Below, in pieces: positions 56,326-57,265 of a stretch of DNA of 57,265 bases. This DNA comes from Candidatus Adlerbacteria bacterium. Its GTDB lineage: Bacteria; Patescibacteriota; Minisyncoccia; Phycocordibacterales; SBAW01. Numbering within the stretch: position 1 is the stretch's first letter; every line of letters starts with the position of its first letter. The notes below the pieces were generated by a model. It was given only the letters and a program-made list of their open reading frames with translations. It was not told the DNA's origin and did not search any database. Location: NCBI GenBank assembly GCA_963796795.1, contig CAWCNA010000003.1:1-57265 (forward strand), in the 5' to 3' direction. The position numbers and the translations under genes are program-made.

Positions 56326-56997
56326 ATGAACCAGAATACACAAAGAACATATGCCTTTTTGGGCGCAGCTGTCGTCATATTGATTGCAGCAGCGTGGTAT
56401 TTTACGTCGCATGAAAAAGCCCTAGCTCCAAGCACGGGCGGGAATACAATTACTCTGGCCACGACTACGGCAAACGGCACTGGTGGTACTACCGGGACAG
56501 TTTCTGTGGGTAGCGTCACGAGTATTTCTAACGAACCAGATTTGAGCCGCCCATACACGCCACCATCTAACTTGCCAGCGAGCGTACAAGCAGGAGACAA
56601 ACAAGCTGTGGCGACTGCAATAGTGCAACTCAAAATTGACCCGTCACACGAGGCGTATTGGCTGCAGCTTGCGGAATATCGCAAAGATTCGAATGATTTT
56701 ACCGGCGCAGAAACGGTGTGGGTATTTTGCACGCAGGCGTTTCCGGCCGACCCTATCGCGTATAATAATCTTGCAGATTTGTACGAAAATTATCTGCACG
56801 ACTACACCAAGGCAACAACATATTGGAACGACTTGATCAAACTTTCGCCAACAAATGTCTCTGCGTACTTGAATCTAGCGACGATGCAAAGCATAAATTT
56901 AAAGGACACGGCTGACGCAAAAGTAACCTTGCAAGCTGGTCTTAAAGCAAACCCAGGTAATACTGATTTGCAAAACGCACTGAACGCACTGCAATAA
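56326..56997 (+). CDS. membrane-anchored TPR-repeat protein
   Basis: N-terminal TM segment, then TPR-like helices (AYWLQLAEYRKDSNDFTGAETVW..., YNNLADLYENYLHDYTKATTYWNDLIKLSP). Confidence 0.75.
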   Translation: MNQNTQRTYAFLGAAVVILIAAAWYFTSHEKALAPSTGGNTITLATTTANGTGGTTGTVSVGSVTSISNEPDLSRPYTPPSNLPASVQAGDKQAVATAIVQLKIDPSHEAYWLQLAEYRKDSNDFTGAETVWVFCTQAFPADPIAYNNLADLYENYLHDYTKATTYWNDLIKLSPTNVSAYLNLATMQSINLKDTADAKVTLQAGLKANPGNTDLQNALNALQ

Positions 56998-57001
56998 CAA
57001 C

Positions 57002-57139
57002 ATGAAGCGTTACATCACCGGCACCTTCTTCAAATTCCTTTTTGGATTTTTGATTATTATTGCGATGGCGTTTGTGGGCATCTTCCTTATCTCTAGCAAC
57101 ACTCCAAAACCTGTTGACAACGTGGCATTGCCACAGTAA
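57002..57139 (+). CDS. possible small membrane protein (45 aa)
   Basis: ATG 57002 to TAA 57139, translated by hand as MKRYITGTFFKFLFGFLIIIAMAFVGIFLISSNTPKPVDNVALPQ. It falls below the length cut-off of the ORF track. Confidence 0.3.
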   Translation: MKRYITGTFFKFLFGFLIIIAMAFVGIFLISSNTPKPVDNVALPQ

Positions 57140-57147
57140 TCTGTTTG

Positions 57148-57234
57148 CAAGGGCCGCGAAGACAGCAGGTAGTCCCGCATGCGGGACGTTAATGCCGAAA
57201 GGCTCCTGCCGAGAGGTCGAACTCCAAGCCCTTG
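57148..57234. other. compact multi-helix structured element of unknown class (possible ncRNA, leader or terminator cluster)
   Basis: Closing helix caagggc/gcccttg encloses cagcagg/cctgccg, the 16-nt palindrome gtcccgcatgcgggac, and gcc-gaaa-ggc. A further 9-bp hairpin lies at 57243-57264. Confidence 0.2.
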
Positions 57235-57265
57235 AACACAAAATTCGTAAGAATTTTGTACATAT

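Overview
The window reads as a small-genome bacterial chromosome segment. By inference it resembles the Candidate Phyla Radiation (Parcubacteria-like), because it has compact housekeeping operons, few Shine-Dalgarno sites, very large Thr/Ser-rich surface proteins, and no rplA after rplK.

Content from left to right:
- 1-5.1 kb: a phage-derived block on the minus strand (TerL fragment, TerS-like, two DNA methylases, one fused to ParB), followed by an IS256-family element.
- 5.4-10.8 kb: secreted PLD nuclease-like protein, tRNA-Val, mntH, an RluA-family synthase, rplS, tRNA-Leu, and a Ca2+/H+ exchanger.
- 10.8-14.6 kb: a visibly AT-richer island around tRNA-His (HNH endonuclease, C39-like peptidase, two Nudix hydrolases, S51 peptidase).
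- 14.6-19.7 kb: mscL, dsbA-like, SIMPL, and secE-nusG-rplK.
- 19.8-24.7 kb: a tight pyrimidine/folate cluster (folA, dcd, ThyA-like, dCMP deaminase, tmk, MazG-like, glyA).
- 25.8-40.5 kb: argS, ileS, recO, glyQS, metG, and tatD.
- 41-48.3 kb: rpsF-ssb-rpsR, efp, an ECF sigma factor, recA, and ftsK.
- 49.8-57 kb: giant cell-surface proteins.

The two observations most worth follow-up:
1. The only thymidylate-synthase homolog keeps all catalytic residues, but it carries Asp at the Asn position that selects uracil over cytosine. It sits in a gene set resembling phage dC-modification toolkits.
2. A complete histidine-phosphatase (RHG...SHG) domain is inserted inside IleRS.

A pervasive caveat applies. 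At least 12 reading-frame disruptions hit conserved genes (parB-MTase, SIMPL, ileS, metG, tatD, recA three times, ftsK twice, the surface protein, and a GC-rich ORF). Several of them sit at short homopolymer runs. Read-level validation is needed before calling them pseudogenes. No CRISPR array and no rRNA were seen.
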